A stretch of DNA of 64,000 nucleotides from Gloeobacterales cyanobacterium (GCA_038245785.1 JBBRSB010000004.1:111961-175960), one strand, 5' to 3'. Shown: positions 10,093 through 21,441, counted from the first letter of the stretch. Notes: generated by a model not told the origin, from the sequence alone. Made by a program: numbers and translations.

Positions 10093-11073
10093 TTATTTCA
10101 ACCAACCCACAGCATCTTTTGCATGGTAGGTAATCAAAATATCCGCTCCTGCACGTTTCATCGAAAGTAGGGTTTCCAAAACGACTGCTTTTTCGTCAAT
10201 CCAGCCTAATTGAGCAGCAGCTTTGACCATTGAGTATTCACCGGAGACGTTATAGGCTGCAACTGGCAATTGGGTGACTTCTTTGATGCGCCAAATGATG
10301 TCGAGATAAGCGAGGGCTGGCTTAACCATCAACATATCAGCCCCCTCCATTACGTCTAGCTCTACTTCTTTTAGGGCTTCTCGGCTATTGGCAGGGTCCA
10401 TTTGATAGGTGCGGCGGTCTCCAAACTGAGGAGTAGATTCGGCAGCTTCGCGAAATGGACCATAGTAGGCAGAAGAGTATTTAGCGGCATAGGAAAGAAT
10501 AGGCGTATCTGTAAAACCAGCTTCATCCAGTCCACTGCGAATAGCCTGAATCATGCCATCCATCATGCCTGAGGGGGCAATCACATCTGCTCCTGCCTCC
10601 GCCTGTGAGGCTGCAGTTTTTTTCAACAGTTCTAAGGTCGGGTCATTCAGCACTTTGCCCTGCTTGTCATCCTCTTTGAGGACGCCACAGTGACCATGAG
10701 AGGTATATTCACAAAGGCAGGTATCAGCGATCACGATTAAGTCAGGGACCGCCGCTTTAATCGCACGGGTGGCATCTTGGACAATGCCATGGTCATGCCA
10801 AGCTCCGGTGGCAGCCAAGTCTTTATCTTCGGGAATACCAAACAGAATCACAGCAGGAATGCCTAAGTCATAGACCTGTTTAGCCTCTTCCACCGCCTTA
10901 TCAATTGATAGTTGGTAGACCCCAGGCATGGAAGAAACTTCTTTGGCGAAGCCTTCTCCCGGCACGATAAAGAGCGGATAGACAAAATCACTAGCAGTCA
11001 GGCTTGTTTCCCGAACCAAGCGGCGGAGGTTGGGATGCTGACGAAGACGGCGGGGACGACTGATGGGAAACAT
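10093..11073 (-). CDS. hemB: porphobilinogen synthase
   Basis: [35 protein letters not shown]. Confidence 0.99.
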   Translation of the reverse strand: MFPISRPRRLRQHPNLRRLVRETSLTASDFVYPLFIVPGEGFAKEVSSMPGVYQLSIDKAVEEAKQVYDLGIPAVILFGIPEDKDLAATGAWHDHGIVQDATRAIKAAVPDLIVIADTCLCEYTSHGHCGVLKEDDKQGKVLNDPTLELLKKTAASQAEAGADVIAPSGMMDGMIQAIRSGLDEAGFTDTPILSYAAKYSSAYYGPFREAAESTPQFGDRRTYQMDPANSREALKEVELDVMEGADMLMVKPALAYLDIIWRIKEVTQLPVAAYNVSGEYSMVKAAAQLGWIDEKAVVLETLLSMKRAGADILITYHAKDAVGWLK

Positions 11074-11153
11074 GGCGTTAATCTTGAGGAGCGCTCGTGT
11101 ATTATACAGTTCCGCAAATCGTCAAACTTCATAGACTTGATGCTATGCAGAAA

Positions 11154-11543
11154 CTACCGCAGGATACGGGCTTCAATGGCCGCAGAGCCTCTCATCCCAA
11201 TCGCTCTAGCAGCAGCGGGTGATAAATCCAAAAAATAGCGGGGCGTGTAAGGTCCCCGATCGTTTACACGGACTACGATACTTCTGCCGTTCCTTGGGTT
11301 TGTGACTTTAATCATCGTGCCAAAAGGTAGCGTACGGCTAGCACAGGTAAGTTTATCCACTTGGAAGCTCTCGCCTGAGGCAGTTGGTCTGCCATCGAAC
11401 TTGTTGGCATAGTAGCTTGCGTGTCCACGCATTACGCTACCTGTCTCTTCCAAATTTTCTTTTGCCTGGAGCGGGGAGCTGTACGCATGCGTAAGCATGG
11501 CAACGCCCAAGATTGCTGCAGCAAAGCCGCGTAATCTGACCAT
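11154..11543 (-). CDS. RlpA-like DPBB lytic transglycosylase
   Basis: ASYY...GRPTASGE, LPFGT, VRVNDRGPY, LDLS; signal peptide. Confidence 0.92.
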   Translation of the reverse strand: MVRLRGFAAAILGVAMLTHAYSSPLQAKENLEETGSVMRGHASYYANKFDGRPTASGESFQVDKLTCASRTLPFGTMIKVTNPRNGRSIVVRVNDRGPYTPRYFLDLSPAAARAIGMRGSAAIEARILR

Positions 11544-11804
11544 AATTTATCCTCTGTCTTAGTTTTTGAGTAAACCCAAAATTTGCGTCAGATTACCACG
11601 AAAAAATAGTCAGTTCAGGACAATTTTGATACAAAACAAGAAGCTACTGGGTCATACAAGACCAAAAAACATGGCGCTGACCTTGTTTCCCCATATCTCG
11701 CTTATTTATTCAAGGGCGCGCATGTTTATAAAAAAATCATGAGAGGGGTAATTTGCCAGAGTGATAGATTAAGCCAAACGTCCTTACTTGAACGAGAGGT
11801 CACT

Positions 11805-12722
11805 ATGCTCGCTTCTACCCAAGAACTCCTGGAAACGGCACGACGGAACGTATATGCGATCGGGGCATTTAATGTCTACAACCTAGAGGGGATGAAAGCA
11901 GTGCTCAATGCAGCAGAAGCCACGCGCAGTCCTGCTATGCTGCAGCTTCATCCCAGTGCCCTGAAGTTTGGTCAATCGGCCTTAGTAGCCATGTGTCTGG
12001 AAGCTGCAAGAGCTGCGATTGTGCCTATCTCCGTTCATCTCGACCACAGTACGGCGATCAAGGACATTCACCAATCTCTAGAAGCGGGGATGACTTCGAT
12101 TATGGCGGATGGCTCCCACTTGCCCTATGACCAGAACTTAGCCTTCACACGGGAAATGACACAGCTTGCCCATAAATACAATGCCGTTGTAGAAGCTGAA
12201 ATTGGCAGAATCAGCGGTACGGAAGATGGCTTAACAATCGCAGAGAAAGAAGCCAAGATGACGGACCCCGATCAAGCCGTTGAATTTGTCCAGGCAACCC
12301 AGGTAGATGCCCTTGCTGTAACGATCGGCAACGTCCATGGTGAGTACAAAAGTCCACCCCGTCTGGATTTTGACCGCCTTAATCGCATTCGCAACCTGAT
12401 CGATATTCCTCTGGTTCTGCATGGAGCCTCTGGGTTGCCGGGCTGGATGATTGACCAGTCGATCCAGTCAGGCGTTTGTAAGTTTAATGTCAATACCGAA
12501 GTACGGCAAGCTTATATGCAGTCGTTGAAGGATGAAATCTGTGGATCGAATCCGAAGGATTTGCTGGATGTTGCCAACAAAGCAGTTGCAGCAATGCAAT
12601 CAGTGATCACGGAAAAGCTCACCCTCTTTGGTTCTGTTGGCAAAGCCCATCTGCACGAAACGCCCTACGCCGAAGTCCTGGCGGGGTTAGGACGATATGG
12701 ACGGACCCCGCTAACGCCTTAA
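11805..12722 (+). CDS. class II ketose-bisphosphate aldolase (GatY/KbaY-like)
   Basis: GAFNVYN, VHLDH, VEAEIG, GNVHG, LVLHGASG, KFNVNT; GAGG before ATG 11805. Confidence 0.92.
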   Translation: MLASTQELLETARRNVYAIGAFNVYNLEGMKAVLNAAEATRSPAMLQLHPSALKFGQSALVAMCLEAARAAIVPISVHLDHSTAIKDIHQSLEAGMTSIMADGSHLPYDQNLAFTREMTQLAHKYNAVVEAEIGRISGTEDGLTIAEKEAKMTDPDQAVEFVQATQVDALAVTIGNVHGEYKSPPRLDFDRLNRIRNLIDIPLVLHGASGLPGWMIDQSIQSGVCKFNVNTEVRQAYMQSLKDEICGSNPKDLLDVANKAVAAMQSVITEKLTLFGSVGKAHLHETPYAEVLAGLGRYGRTPLTP

Positions 12723-13340
12723 TTTTCCCTTCCGCTGTTTACTATTTTCCTCAGCCTTAATCACTCTTGACTCCAAAGTGAATTCGGGAATATCCCACAG
12801 TTGGTGAGCCTCCAGGTTGTATTGCTCACAGACGAGACTTAGACGGAAGCCAGAACTCTTAACCGGGTTGACAGAATGGGTCAAGTCTCCTTGGAAGAAG
12901 AGCAGAGTATTCGTCTGGGGAGTAATTTTTCCGACCTGGCGTTTGTTGGATTGTAAAACCAGTTCCCCTCCTTCCAAATCGATGGGCACTTCGATATAAA
13001 GGACGCTGACTAAAGCGGGAGGTTCAATGGTTTTGCAGTAGGAACGGAGGGAGCGGTCAATGTGAGGGTCCACCCGAGAGCCTGTTTTGAGTAGGAGGGG
13101 ATTGAGATAAAACGCATTGCATTCTGGCTGCAAGGCCCGGTCTAGATAGGGTTTAAAGTGTGGGAAATTTTGTTCGACCGTGCTCAGGTGTGACCGCTGG
13201 AAAACTACAGAAAACCCCTTGGTCCTAACAAAATCACGATTGAGATTATTCACTGCAAAATAAGGAGATGCCAAAATCTGTCCTTGCAGCACACTCAGAT
13301 AATTTGGATCAAAAGCCTGGGGATACTGGTGATGGTACAT
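12711..13340 (-). CDS. 2OG-Fe(II) oxygenase
   Basis: PHID facial-triad motif, GGELVL, HSV, RLSLVCEQY. Confidence 0.85.
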   Translation of the reverse strand: MYHHQYPQAFDPNYLSVLQGQILASPYFAVNNLNRDFVRTKGFSVVFQRSHLSTVEQNFPHFKPYLDRALQPECNAFYLNPLLLKTGSRVDPHIDRSLRSYCKTIEPPALVSVLYIEVPIDLEGGELVLQSNKRQVGKITPQTNTLLFFQGDLTHSVNPVKSSGFRLSLVCEQYNLEAHQLWDIPEFTLESRVIKAEENSKQRKGKLRR

Positions 13341-13435
13341 GGACTGCAAGCTCAAGAGAGTTTTTGACGCTACCAATATCCTGTCATGATTGGTGCGTAC
13401 TATTTATTTGATAACGAGACAGGGAGCATAAAGCT

Positions 13436-13672
13436 ATGCGGTGTAAAGTTACCAGCCGTGCAGGTCAAGTTTTAGCCAATGGCCGCCTGATCATCCACAA
13501 AGAAGACGATGGAACCTTGCGCTTGGATATGGAAACTGATAGGGGGCGACTACTCCAGGGAGGAACCATTGGACCAGATGGCGATATGGCAGCGGCTAGC
13601 CAGGCGCTATTCCGTCAGTTTTTTGAAGTTTGGGGCCTGAGCGACTTGACCCTAAACATCTCCATCCGCTGA
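13436..13672 (+). CDS. hypothetical protein, 78 aa
   Basis: Clean ORF, GGAG RBS, divergent from the oxygenase gene. Confidence 0.7.
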   Translation: MRCKVTSRAGQVLANGRLIIHKEDDGTLRLDMETDRGRLLQGGTIGPDGDMAAASQALFRQFFEVWGLSDLTLNISIR

Positions 13673-13900
13673 GAAATTTTTCTCTCTGCACAAGCCATCG
13701 CTTACCTTTTTTCGCACTCTTCAGATTCACGCCACCTATTCATAAGAGAAAACAGTTTAGGGACCTGGTTTGAATGGGTACCTTAAATGATGATAGGCGT
13801 GGGCAAATGACTGAGTGGGGGACCCCTAAGCAGAAGAGCTAGCTTCAGCGATATCAGAGCTGATGCTCGATAGAGAAATGTTTGAACGAGATTTAAATGC

Positions 13901-16000
13901 ATGTCCAAGTTTCTCCTCAAGTCTCTCATTTCTCACATCATGGGCAAAGTTTCCTTACGCACGGTCTTGGTTGTTCCTTTTGTTCTTCAAACACTTTTCG
14001 CTGTGGGTTTAGTAGGCTATCTTTCCTTCAAGAATGGTCAGCAGGCTATAAATGACCTAGCCACTCGCTTGGAAGAGGAAACCAGCAATAGAATCCAACA
14101 AAAACTTGACAGCTACTTGGCAATTCCTCAACAGATAAACCAGATTAATTCCAAGGCAATTGAATTAGGTATTCTAAACTTGAATGACCTTGAAAAGATG
14201 GGTAAATTTTTCCATAGTCAGATAAGGACTTTCAACGTTGGCTATATTAATTATGGGAACGAAACAGAAGAATTTATTGGAATTGAGCGTCTAGATAACA
14301 ATAAAATACTAATCAATGAGACTAAGCGAAATTCCACTAAAATCATGTCTATCTACAATACAGATAACAGGGGGAATCGAACAGGCTTAAAGGAGGTTAC
14401 GCCGAACACCTCTATTAGAACAGAGGGTTGGTATGCAGACGCTGTCAAGGCAGGACATCCTGTCTGGAGCAAAATTTATACATGGAGTGATAAGCCAGAC
14501 GTTCTATCTATTTCTTCCAGCTACCCACTTTATGACCACAACCACAAAATTTTTGGAGTGATCGGGGTAGACTTAATCCTTTCTCAAATCGATAATTTTC
14601 TAGAAAGCTTGGTTTTCTCTCCTGCCAGTCGAATTCTTATTCTAGAGCGAGATGGTTCCTTGGTAGCATATTCAGGCAGAAAAGATCCTTTCACGATAAC
14701 AAATAAAAAAGCTTCTAGAATTCATATTAACAAGATTAATGACCCACAAATTCAGTATGTGTCTAACTATTTGGACAAGAATTTTGGCAGTCTTAAAGCA
14801 ATAAGGACAAGTCAAAATATTACGGTTGACACCTTGGGAGAACGTCAATTTGTTCATGTAACTCCATGGCGAGATGCCTTTGGTTTGGATTGGTTGGTTG
14901 TAGTGATAGTTCCTGAAGCTGATTTCATGGAGCAAATCAACTCTAGAACAGGCATTACCTTCCTATTTTGTTTAGGAACATTGATTGTATGTACCGTCTT
15001 AGGAATCTTGGCAGCTCGGTTGATCACAGAGCCTCTTTTGAATATGACCCAGGCGGCACAAGAAATTGCAGACGGTAAGTTTGAGCAACAGATTGTTACT
15101 AAAGAAATCATCGAACTAGATACCTTAGCTCAATCTTTTAATCGGATGAGTGAACAACTAAAAGGCTCTTTTGAAGAATTAGAACTGAGAGTTGAACAGA
15201 GAACAGCTGCCCTGATGGAGGCGAAAGAGGGTGCTGAAGCTGCTAATAAAGCTAAAAGTGAATTTCTAGCTACCATCAGTCATGAGATTCGGACTCCCAT
15301 GAATGGAGTGATGGGCATAGCAGAATTACTCATGGAAACTAACCTAGATGATGAACAAAGGGAATATGTCAAAATTATCAATAGCAGTAGTGAAATTCTA
15401 TTGACCCTTATCAATGACATTCTCAATTTTTCGAAAATAGAATCTGGTCAGTTGAAATTGGAAGAACGTTCTTTCAGCTTACATGAATGCATCTTAGGAA
15501 CGGTGAATTTATTTATTCTCCAAGCTAAAGAGAAAAATTTAAAGTTACAGTGTGAGATTGACCCAGAAGTTCCTAAAAGAATTCTTGGAGATATTGCCCG
15601 GCTACGACAAGTTTTGATCAATCTACTTGGCAATGCCCTAAAGTTCACCTCTGATGGTGAAATTTTATTGAAGGTTACCTTTGATCAGGCTCAGCAACTG
15701 ATTCAATTTGCACTTCGAGATACAGGCATTGGTATTCCAGTAGAGGGGATGGAATACCTCTTTAAGTCGTTCAGTCAGCTAGACGCTTCTACCACGCGCA
15801 AGTATGGCGGTACTGGTCTGGGCTTGGTCATCTGTCAGCGTCTATGTACGCTGATGGGAGGAACGATTTGGGTCGAGAGTGAGCCGAATAAAGGCTCAAC
15901 CTTCTTTTTCACGATCAAGGCAAAGGTAATTCGGAGGATCACTATAGGTCGCCCGTACGAACAAGCAATTCGGGATGAGACGGTAGAGCAAAAGGTTTGA
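13901..16000 (+). CDS. Cache-HAMP sensor histidine kinase with no receiver domain
   Basis: Two TM segments, Cache domain, [15 protein letters not shown]-box, [23 protein letters not shown]. Confidence 0.95.
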   Translation: MSKFLLKSLISHIMGKVSLRTVLVVPFVLQTLFAVGLVGYLSFKNGQQAINDLATRLEEETSNRIQQKLDSYLAIPQQINQINSKAIELGILNLNDLEKMGKFFHSQIRTFNVGYINYGNETEEFIGIERLDNNKILINETKRNSTKIMSIYNTDNRGNRTGLKEVTPNTSIRTEGWYADAVKAGHPVWSKIYTWSDKPDVLSISSSYPLYDHNHKIFGVIGVDLILSQIDNFLESLVFSPASRILILERDGSLVAYSGRKDPFTITNKKASRIHINKINDPQIQYVSNYLDKNFGSLKAIRTSQNITVDTLGERQFVHVTPWRDAFGLDWLVVVIVPEADFMEQINSRTGITFLFCLGTLIVCTVLGILAARLITEPLLNMTQAAQEIADGKFEQQIVTKEIIELDTLAQSFNRMSEQLKGSFEELELRVEQRTAALMEAKEGAEAANKAKSEFLATISHEIRTPMNGVMGIAELLMETNLDDEQREYVKIINSSSEILLTLINDILNFSKIESGQLKLEERSFSLHECILGTVNLFILQAKEKNLKLQCEIDPEVPKRILGDIARLRQVLINLLGNALKFTSDGEILLKVTFDQAQQLIQFALRDTGIGIPVEGMEYLFKSFSQLDASTTRKYGGTGLGLVICQRLCTLMGGTIWVESEPNKGSTFFFTIKAKVIRRITIGRPYEQAIRDETVEQKV

Positions 16001-16007
16001 GCAATAG

Positions 16008-16931
16008 TTATCTGTAGTTCATAACTAAAAGCTCATTCAGCTGACCTCGTTTCTTTGCATCACAATTAATCATTCGACTTGCTCTGACTCGCTCGATTCT
16101 ATACCCCTGATAGGCTTGCTCAAAGAAATTATCATTCGGGTCATTATTCTTTGGGTCAGAATTACTAAGCATGAGCTGGGCACCTTTTTGGTCGAGCTTT
16201 TGAAAGAAAGAAGCAAGGTCAAGCTGGGCTTGGTCATCAAAATTAAAATTGGAATAGGTCGTAAAACTTGAGGTGCTGCTAATAGGGCGATAAGGGGGGT
16301 CAAAATAGACAAAAGTATGCTCATCTACAAAGGTTTCACAACTTTGAAAGCTGCCCCAGATAATCTCAGTATTTTGAAGGAGCTTAGAAATTTTGCGGAG
16401 ATTGTCCATAGCACAAATTTTTGGATTTTTGTAACGGCCAAAAGGGACATTAAATCCAGCGTTTGCATTTACACGGAAAAGTCCATTAAAACAGGTTCGA
16501 TTAAGAAAGATAAGTTGCGCTGTGCGGGTTATCCAATCTGAATCAAACTTAGAAAAATCAATTTTTGGTCGCTTGGCATTAAATTGAGCGCGAGTTTCAT
16601 AGAAAAAGCTCTTTTGTTCTTCCCCGTTGAGTTGATAATAGGTATGTTGTATCTCAGTTAATACCTCAATTACGCTATCCACCTCTGCACATAGGGTCTG
16701 ATAGGCAAGCACCAATTCTTCATTGATATCTGAAATAAAGCATTTCTCAACTTTATAGGTTTGTACAATATGAAAAAAGACGGCACCACTGCCAACAAAG
16801 GGTTCAACATAATTCTTGACTTTGCCTAGCTTCAATTCCTGGGGGAAAAAGTGGCTCATCTGTTCTATCAGCTGACCTTTCCCTCCAGCCCACTTTAGGA
16901 ATGGTTTTGCCTGAACCATTCGCGTATCCAT
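16008..16931 (-). CDS. orphan Dam/DpnM-type N6-adenine DNA methyltransferase (GATC likely)
   Basis: KPFLKWAGGK, EPFVGSGAV, FNVPFG, DPPY; no adjacent restriction endonuclease gene. Confidence 0.92.
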   Translation of the reverse strand: MDTRMVQAKPFLKWAGGKGQLIEQMSHFFPQELKLGKVKNYVEPFVGSGAVFFHIVQTYKVEKCFISDINEELVLAYQTLCAEVDSVIEVLTEIQHTYYQLNGEEQKSFFYETRAQFNAKRPKIDFSKFDSDWITRTAQLIFLNRTCFNGLFRVNANAGFNVPFGRYKNPKICAMDNLRKISKLLQNTEIIWGSFQSCETFVDEHTFVYFDPPYRPISSTSSFTTYSNFNFDDQAQLDLASFFQKLDQKGAQLMLSNSDPKNNDPNDNFFEQAYQGYRIERVRASRMINCDAKKRGQLNELLVMNYR

Positions 16932-16933
16932 TA

Positions 16934-17212
16934 TTAATGAGTCCGAGCCTGTTTAATCATCGCGATTAAGCGATGGTGAGCATCTTCCGCATCTTGCAAA
17001 GCAGGTTCAAACTGAATGCGCACAGGAATCAAGGTCCCATCTGCTTTGGCCGTCAAGTTCATTCCGTCTGCATCAATCGACAACATTTCAGCATCGGTAG
17101 CGTTAATCACACCACCAAAAGCTTTTGCATAGAGTGTGACAGCATCACTGTGGTCCTCGTTCACATGCTTGCAGATACGTTCACTCACTGCAGCAGAAAA
17201 TGAGTCAGTCAT
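16934..17212 (-). CDS. DUF2470 domain protein
   Basis: RICKHVNEDH, AEMLSIDADGM, AHHRLIAM. Confidence 0.88.
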   Translation of the reverse strand: MTDSFSAAVSERICKHVNEDHSDAVTLYAKAFGGVINATDAEMLSIDADGMNLTAKADGTLIPVRIQFEPALQDAEDAHHRLIAMIKQARTH

Positions 17213-17267
17213 AAGCACTCCCTAGATAATGTACCGTCGATATTGAGCAGCACAGTCGCCTATTAGT

Positions 17268-18053
17268 TTACACAGGTAATTTGAACAGTCGTCGAGCATT
17301 ATTGGTGGTGTAGGCTGCTAAGTCTTCCATTTCTTCTCCGCGCAATTGGGCGACGCCTGCGGCCACATAGACAACAAAAGCGGGTTCATTACGTTTGCCG
17401 CGATGGGGAGGAGGCGCTAAAAACGGACAGTCCGTTTCCACCAACAGTCTCTCACACGGAACAATGCGCACGGATTCATGGACAGTCGTTGCATTCTTGA
17501 ACGTCGCTACCCCACTGAAGCTAACGTGCATTCCCAAGTCTAGGAACCATTGGGTTTCCTCTGGAGTGCCTGCCCAGCAGTGCATGACGCCTCGAACAGG
17601 TCCCTCTTCTTGGAGGATTTTGCGGGTAACTTCCGCCGCCTCACGGCAATGAATAATCAAGGGCAAATCATGCTCTTGCGCGGTACGAATCTGACTGCGA
17701 AAGGAATGCGCTTGGTCTTCGACATTGGTTGCTTTGAACAAATCCATGCCTGTTTCCCCAATTGCCACCACCCGAGGGTCTGAAGTACTTTGTTGATTAA
17801 TTTGCTTGCCTAATTCCGGGTCCCAGGTGTTCACATGGAGGGGATGAAGCCCGGTCGAAATGAAAACTTCAGGGAATTGGTCAGCAATCTTTTGGAGTGA
17901 AGCAAATTCCTGCGGTTCACAGCAGGCATGCACCAACTGCACCACACCCGCTTCCCGCCAGCGCGCTCCAACGGCCTCTAAATCGGCAGTGAAGTTTTCG
18001 AAGTTGACGTGGCAATGGGTATCAATGAGAGGCATAGCGCTATGTGCAGACAT
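17268..18053 (-). CDS. tatD: TatD family hydrolase
   Basis: IDTHCH, GLHP, AIGETG, IIHCRE, HCW, ETDCPFLAP. Confidence 0.95.
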   Translation of the reverse strand: MSAHSAMPLIDTHCHVNFENFTADLEAVGARWREAGVVQLVHACCEPQEFASLQKIADQFPEVFISTGLHPLHVNTWDPELGKQINQQSTSDPRVVAIGETGMDLFKATNVEDQAHSFRSQIRTAQEHDLPLIIHCREAAEVTRKILQEEGPVRGVMHCWAGTPEETQWFLDLGMHVSFSGVATFKNATTVHESVRIVPCERLLVETDCPFLAPPPHRGKRNEPAFVVYVAAGVAQLRGEEMEDLAAYTTNNARRLFKLPV

Positions 18054-18110
18054 AGTTCCATAGTACAAGGGAGTGCTATGACATCTGCCTGTTCGGCCTC
18101 CCAACTTCCT

Positions 18111-18589
18111 CTAAATTTCTACGTCGAATGCTTTTTCTAAACGATTAGTTGTACCTTTTGCCTCTTCGAGTAAGTCATTCCAATCATCTGGAGGGTGACC
18201 ACTTTCAAGCGTTTTCTTAAAAACTTGATAAGCATCTGTATTACTTTCATAGGCCCGCTTAGAGTTTTCATCGTTAAACCAGGCGAAGACGATAATCTTG
18301 CTCTCAGTCGGTACTGCTGAAAAAACTTAGCTCTAAACCAGTGTTTGTAACCATCTCCAAGGGTTGTGCCCTGACGATAATTACTACGTGTTGGGTCTTG
18401 AGGTACAACATCAAAAGCCAACTTTGCTACGGCAGCTAGACACTTTGTGACGTTTTTCTTCTTGTAGTCTTTAGGAGACTTCTGACGCAAATGTTCAACC
18501 TGCATCAGAAGTTCTTGAAGCTGGTTAAGAAAGAGAGCATGTCCAAATATGTTCCACCCATTAATCACTAGCGGCTGATTTGCAGACAA
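18111..18589 (-). pseudogene. YhaV-family toxin, frameshifted by a deletion near 18305
   Basis: HWFRAKFFQQYRL, then in another frame ESKIIVFAWFNDENSKRAYES..DAY.VF..GHPPDDW. Confidence 0.88.
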
Positions 18590-18591
18590 AC

Positions 18592-18924
18592 TTATTCATC
18601 CTCGTCTGAGAGCGGTGCATCAAGATCAACTTCGATTCCAGCGACCAAGGACTGAGCACGGCTTACTAAATCAGCGCTAATCGCTTTTAAGTGCTGAGGA
18701 TTCTTTTCGATATCTCGGGCAAGAAAATTCAGAAACTGCCCTAGTATCGGATCACCCTCTGTCTGTTCAGCACGGGAGAGCACCACTTGACCATCGGGCT
18801 GGACGGTGTAGCGGATTTTATCACGCTTGTTCAAGCCAAGAGCTTTGCGAACGGGCTCAGGAACTGTAGTCTGATAACGATCAGTAAGAGTAGATTCTGC
18901 GCTTGGAGCTGGTATTGCAGTCAT
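18592..18924 (-). CDS. PrlF/SohA family antitoxin
   Basis: ESTLTDRYQTTVPEPVRKALGL, FL.FLARDI, VDLDAPLS. Confidence 0.92.
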   Translation of the reverse strand: MTAIPAPSAESTLTDRYQTTVPEPVRKALGLNKRDKIRYTVQPDGQVVLSRAEQTEGDPILGQFLNFLARDIEKNPQHLKAISADLVSRAQSLVAGIEVDLDAPLSDEDE

Positions 18925-19017
18925 AGCAACCTCTAAATCTGTCAGTTGAACTCTATTCCAAGGGTATTGCATCTTCTTCGTGGTTCTTCGCCTCACTGTT
19001 GTAGCTTGAACCCATAC

Positions 19018-19770
19018 CTAAAGTTGATTAATCATCTTGTGGGTTTGGGGAATGACGCGGACTGAAGTTAATCGTTGACGCAGACGCGTTTGCCAGTCTA
19101 AAACTTGCGTCGGGCTTGGGGCTAAGCAACCGCCAAGGGGCGTTACAGGCTGTAGAACTACAGGAATATCGGCCGAATGTTTCACCAATAAATCTGTGGC
19201 CTGATCTAAGTCTGCCAACGTCGTGTCTGCAGTTACGACCCATTTAGTAATCAGAGGAGCCTTTCCTTGTCCGGCTACTGCCAAAAATGCGTCATGAGCT
19301 TGCCATTGAGATTCTCCACAGGAGGAAGGAAGCTTGATATCCATAGAAATCCAGCTGAGGTAGGACAAGACCTTGCTTAGTTCTTGAGGGCGATGTCCAC
19401 CTGTTTCCAGATAGACCGGAAGTGAGACTTTGGGAAGCCACGTTTCCAAAAATCGACTTTGGAGCAGAGGTTCTCCTCCCGTCAGACTGAGGCTGTGGTG
19501 CGGAAAAGTTTGGTTTAGCACTTCTATATGGCGGAGTAGCTGATCTCCCGAAACAGGATTTACAGCTTCTAGAAAGTCGCGCTGCCCTGACGTCTTTTCA
19601 ACCCGATAATCGCCATGGACCGCATGGGTATGTGGCGAATCGCACCAGGTACATCGGAGATCACAGCCGCCCAAACGAACAAAGAGCTGACGTTCGCCGA
19701 CGAACACGCCCTCCCCCTGGACAGCAGAGAAAATTTCTACAAGATTACCTAAAGAACTGCTTGGAGCCAT
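19018..19770 (-). CDS. queE: 7-carboxy-7-deazaguanine synthase (radical SAM)
   Basis: EIFSAVQGEG, CDLRCTWCDS, LTGGEPL, IPQTHK. Confidence 0.9.
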   Translation of the reverse strand: MAPSSSLGNLVEIFSAVQGEGVFVGERQLFVRLGGCDLRCTWCDSPHTHAVHGDYRVEKTSGQRDFLEAVNPVSGDQLLRHIEVLNQTFPHHSLSLTGGEPLLQSRFLETWLPKVSLPVYLETGGHRPQELSKVLSYLSWISMDIKLPSSCGESQWQAHDAFLAVAGQGKAPLITKWVVTADTTLADLDQATDLLVKHSADIPVVLQPVTPLGGCLAPSPTQVLDWQTRLRQRLTSVRVIPQTHKMINQL

Positions 19771-19799
19771 GGCCTGAACAAACTGCCTACTCTTCCAGG

Positions 19800-20129
19800 C
19801 TACTGCTCTGCAGTGACCTTGGATGCTTCTATAGGTAAGGAATCAGGGACGGCCAACCGACTACAGGCAATACGCTCGTCTAGAAGTGCGCCCGCATGGT
19901 CACAGGTGTAGATATCTAAAGTCGCTTGGGCAACGGCTGTAAACCCAATCATTTGTGCAGGAAATACCACGCGCTCGAAGTACCAGTTCTCTACGTTGGA
20001 TATACGTACGATCTGAATTGCCCCGCTGTGGTTGGTATAGGCACAACCGATAGCCTGCTCAGCATACTCAGGAGGTAGTCCGTCTAGAGTTTGTGACATT
20101 TTGTCTGCGGTGGTTATGTTTACTTTCAA
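19800..20129 (-). CDS. DUF1830 domain protein
   Basis: C.Y.N....IQIVRISN..NWYFERVVFP. Confidence 0.88.
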   Translation of the reverse strand: MKVNITTADKMSQTLDGLPPEYAEQAIGCAYTNHSGAIQIVRISNVENWYFERVVFPAQMIGFTAVAQATLDIYTCDHAGALLDERIACSRLAVPDSLPIEASKVTAEQ

Positions 20130-20375
20130 AATCTAACACTCCCAACAGGGTTAAAAAGATACACAAGATACATTCGAAAGAAATTCTTTAGGTTTTTTAA
20201 AAGGCCTGGGATCAACGCAGTGAGGGGCTCTCGCTAGGGTAAACTCTATGCCAATTTTTGTCCATAAAGGTTCGATGAACCTACAAATTAAATTCTTAGG
20301 GAGCTATGACAAGGTACTCAAACCTATTACACTGAGGGGCGATTGGGATGCGTATCAGTCAGAGAGGGATCAGTC

Positions 20376-21419
20376 GTGGAAAAAGTACTAGGCCTAGAAA
20401 TTATTGAAGTGGTAGAGCAGGCTGCTCTAGCCTCTGCCCGTCTGATGGGTAAGGGGTTGAAGAACGAAGCCGATGCCGTGGCCGTTGAAGCCATGCGCAA
20501 CACGATGAACACCGTCCGTATGCGGGGACGGATTGTGATCGGGGAAGGAGAGCGGGACGAAGCGCCCATGCTCTACATCGGAGAAGAAGTAGGGATCTGT
20601 ACCCAGCCCAATGCAGCAGACGTCTGCCGTCTGGATGAGCTTCTCGAAATTGATATTGCGGTGGACCCCTGTGAAGGGACCAATCTAGTAGCCTCCGGAA
20701 GCAACAATTCGATGGCCGTATTGGCTATCTCTGAGAAGGGAGGATTGTTCCATGCACCCGACTTTTATATGCGCAAGCTGGCTGCTCCTCCTCAGGCCAA
20801 AGGGAAAGTCCACATAGACTATCCCGCCGAGAAAAACCTCAAAATTATTGCGGAATGCTTGGACCGAGCGGTTGAGGACCTGTTGGTTATTGTTATGGAC
20901 CGTCCCCGCCATAAGGATTTGATTGCCGATATCCGGGCAACGGGAGCACGGGTCAAACTGATCTCTGACGGAGATATCTCTGCAGCTCTTTCTGCGGTTA
21001 TCAATGGGACAGGCGTCCATGCCCTGATGGGTATCGGAGCAGCTCCTGAAGGCGTCATCTCCGCCGCTGCTATTCGTTGCTTGGGTGGACATTTCCAGGG
21101 TCGCTTGATTTATGACCCCGCCGAAGTCAACACCCCTGAAAGCGAGAAATGGACCCGTGAAGGCAATGCGGCCCGTCTCAAGGAAATGGGTGTAGAAAAC
21201 CCCGATCAAGTCTTTGAAGCAGAAGACCTCGCTTCTGGCGAAAACGTCCTGTTCGCCGCCACGGGCATCACCGATGGAGACTTCATCAAAGGCGTCCGTT
21301 TCTTTGGTGGTGGGGCTCGTACAGAGACGATGGTCATCTCTAGCCAGTCTTCTACTATTCGCTTTGTAGATACCGTTCACATCCTAGATAAAAAGCAATT
21401 TCATTCCTTTGAAATCTAG
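20376..21419 (+). CDS. glpX: fructose-1,6-/sedoheptulose-1,7-bisphosphatase
   Basis: [36 protein letters not shown] start after GAGGG. Confidence 0.98.
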   Translation: MEKVLGLEIIEVVEQAALASARLMGKGLKNEADAVAVEAMRNTMNTVRMRGRIVIGEGERDEAPMLYIGEEVGICTQPNAADVCRLDELLEIDIAVDPCEGTNLVASGSNNSMAVLAISEKGGLFHAPDFYMRKLAAPPQAKGKVHIDYPAEKNLKIIAECLDRAVEDLLVIVMDRPRHKDLIADIRATGARVKLISDGDISAALSAVINGTGVHALMGIGAAPEGVISAAAIRCLGGHFQGRLIYDPAEVNTPESEKWTREGNAARLKEMGVENPDQVFEAEDLASGENVLFAATGITDGDFIKGVRFFGGGARTETMVISSQSSTIRFVDTVHILDKKQFHSFEI

Positions 21420-21441
21420 TCCAGTTCCTGATTGAATGATG

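Noticed and set aside
15946..15958. GGTCGCCCGTAC, resembling half a GTAG-type REP at the kinase 3' end
   Set aside because: Single short half-site with no partner arm; could be chance
20685..21380. Long antisense ORFs (231 aa opposite glpX; also 51074-51865, 22806-23330, 34719-35240)
   Set aside because: They lie opposite well-conserved genes and show no motifs
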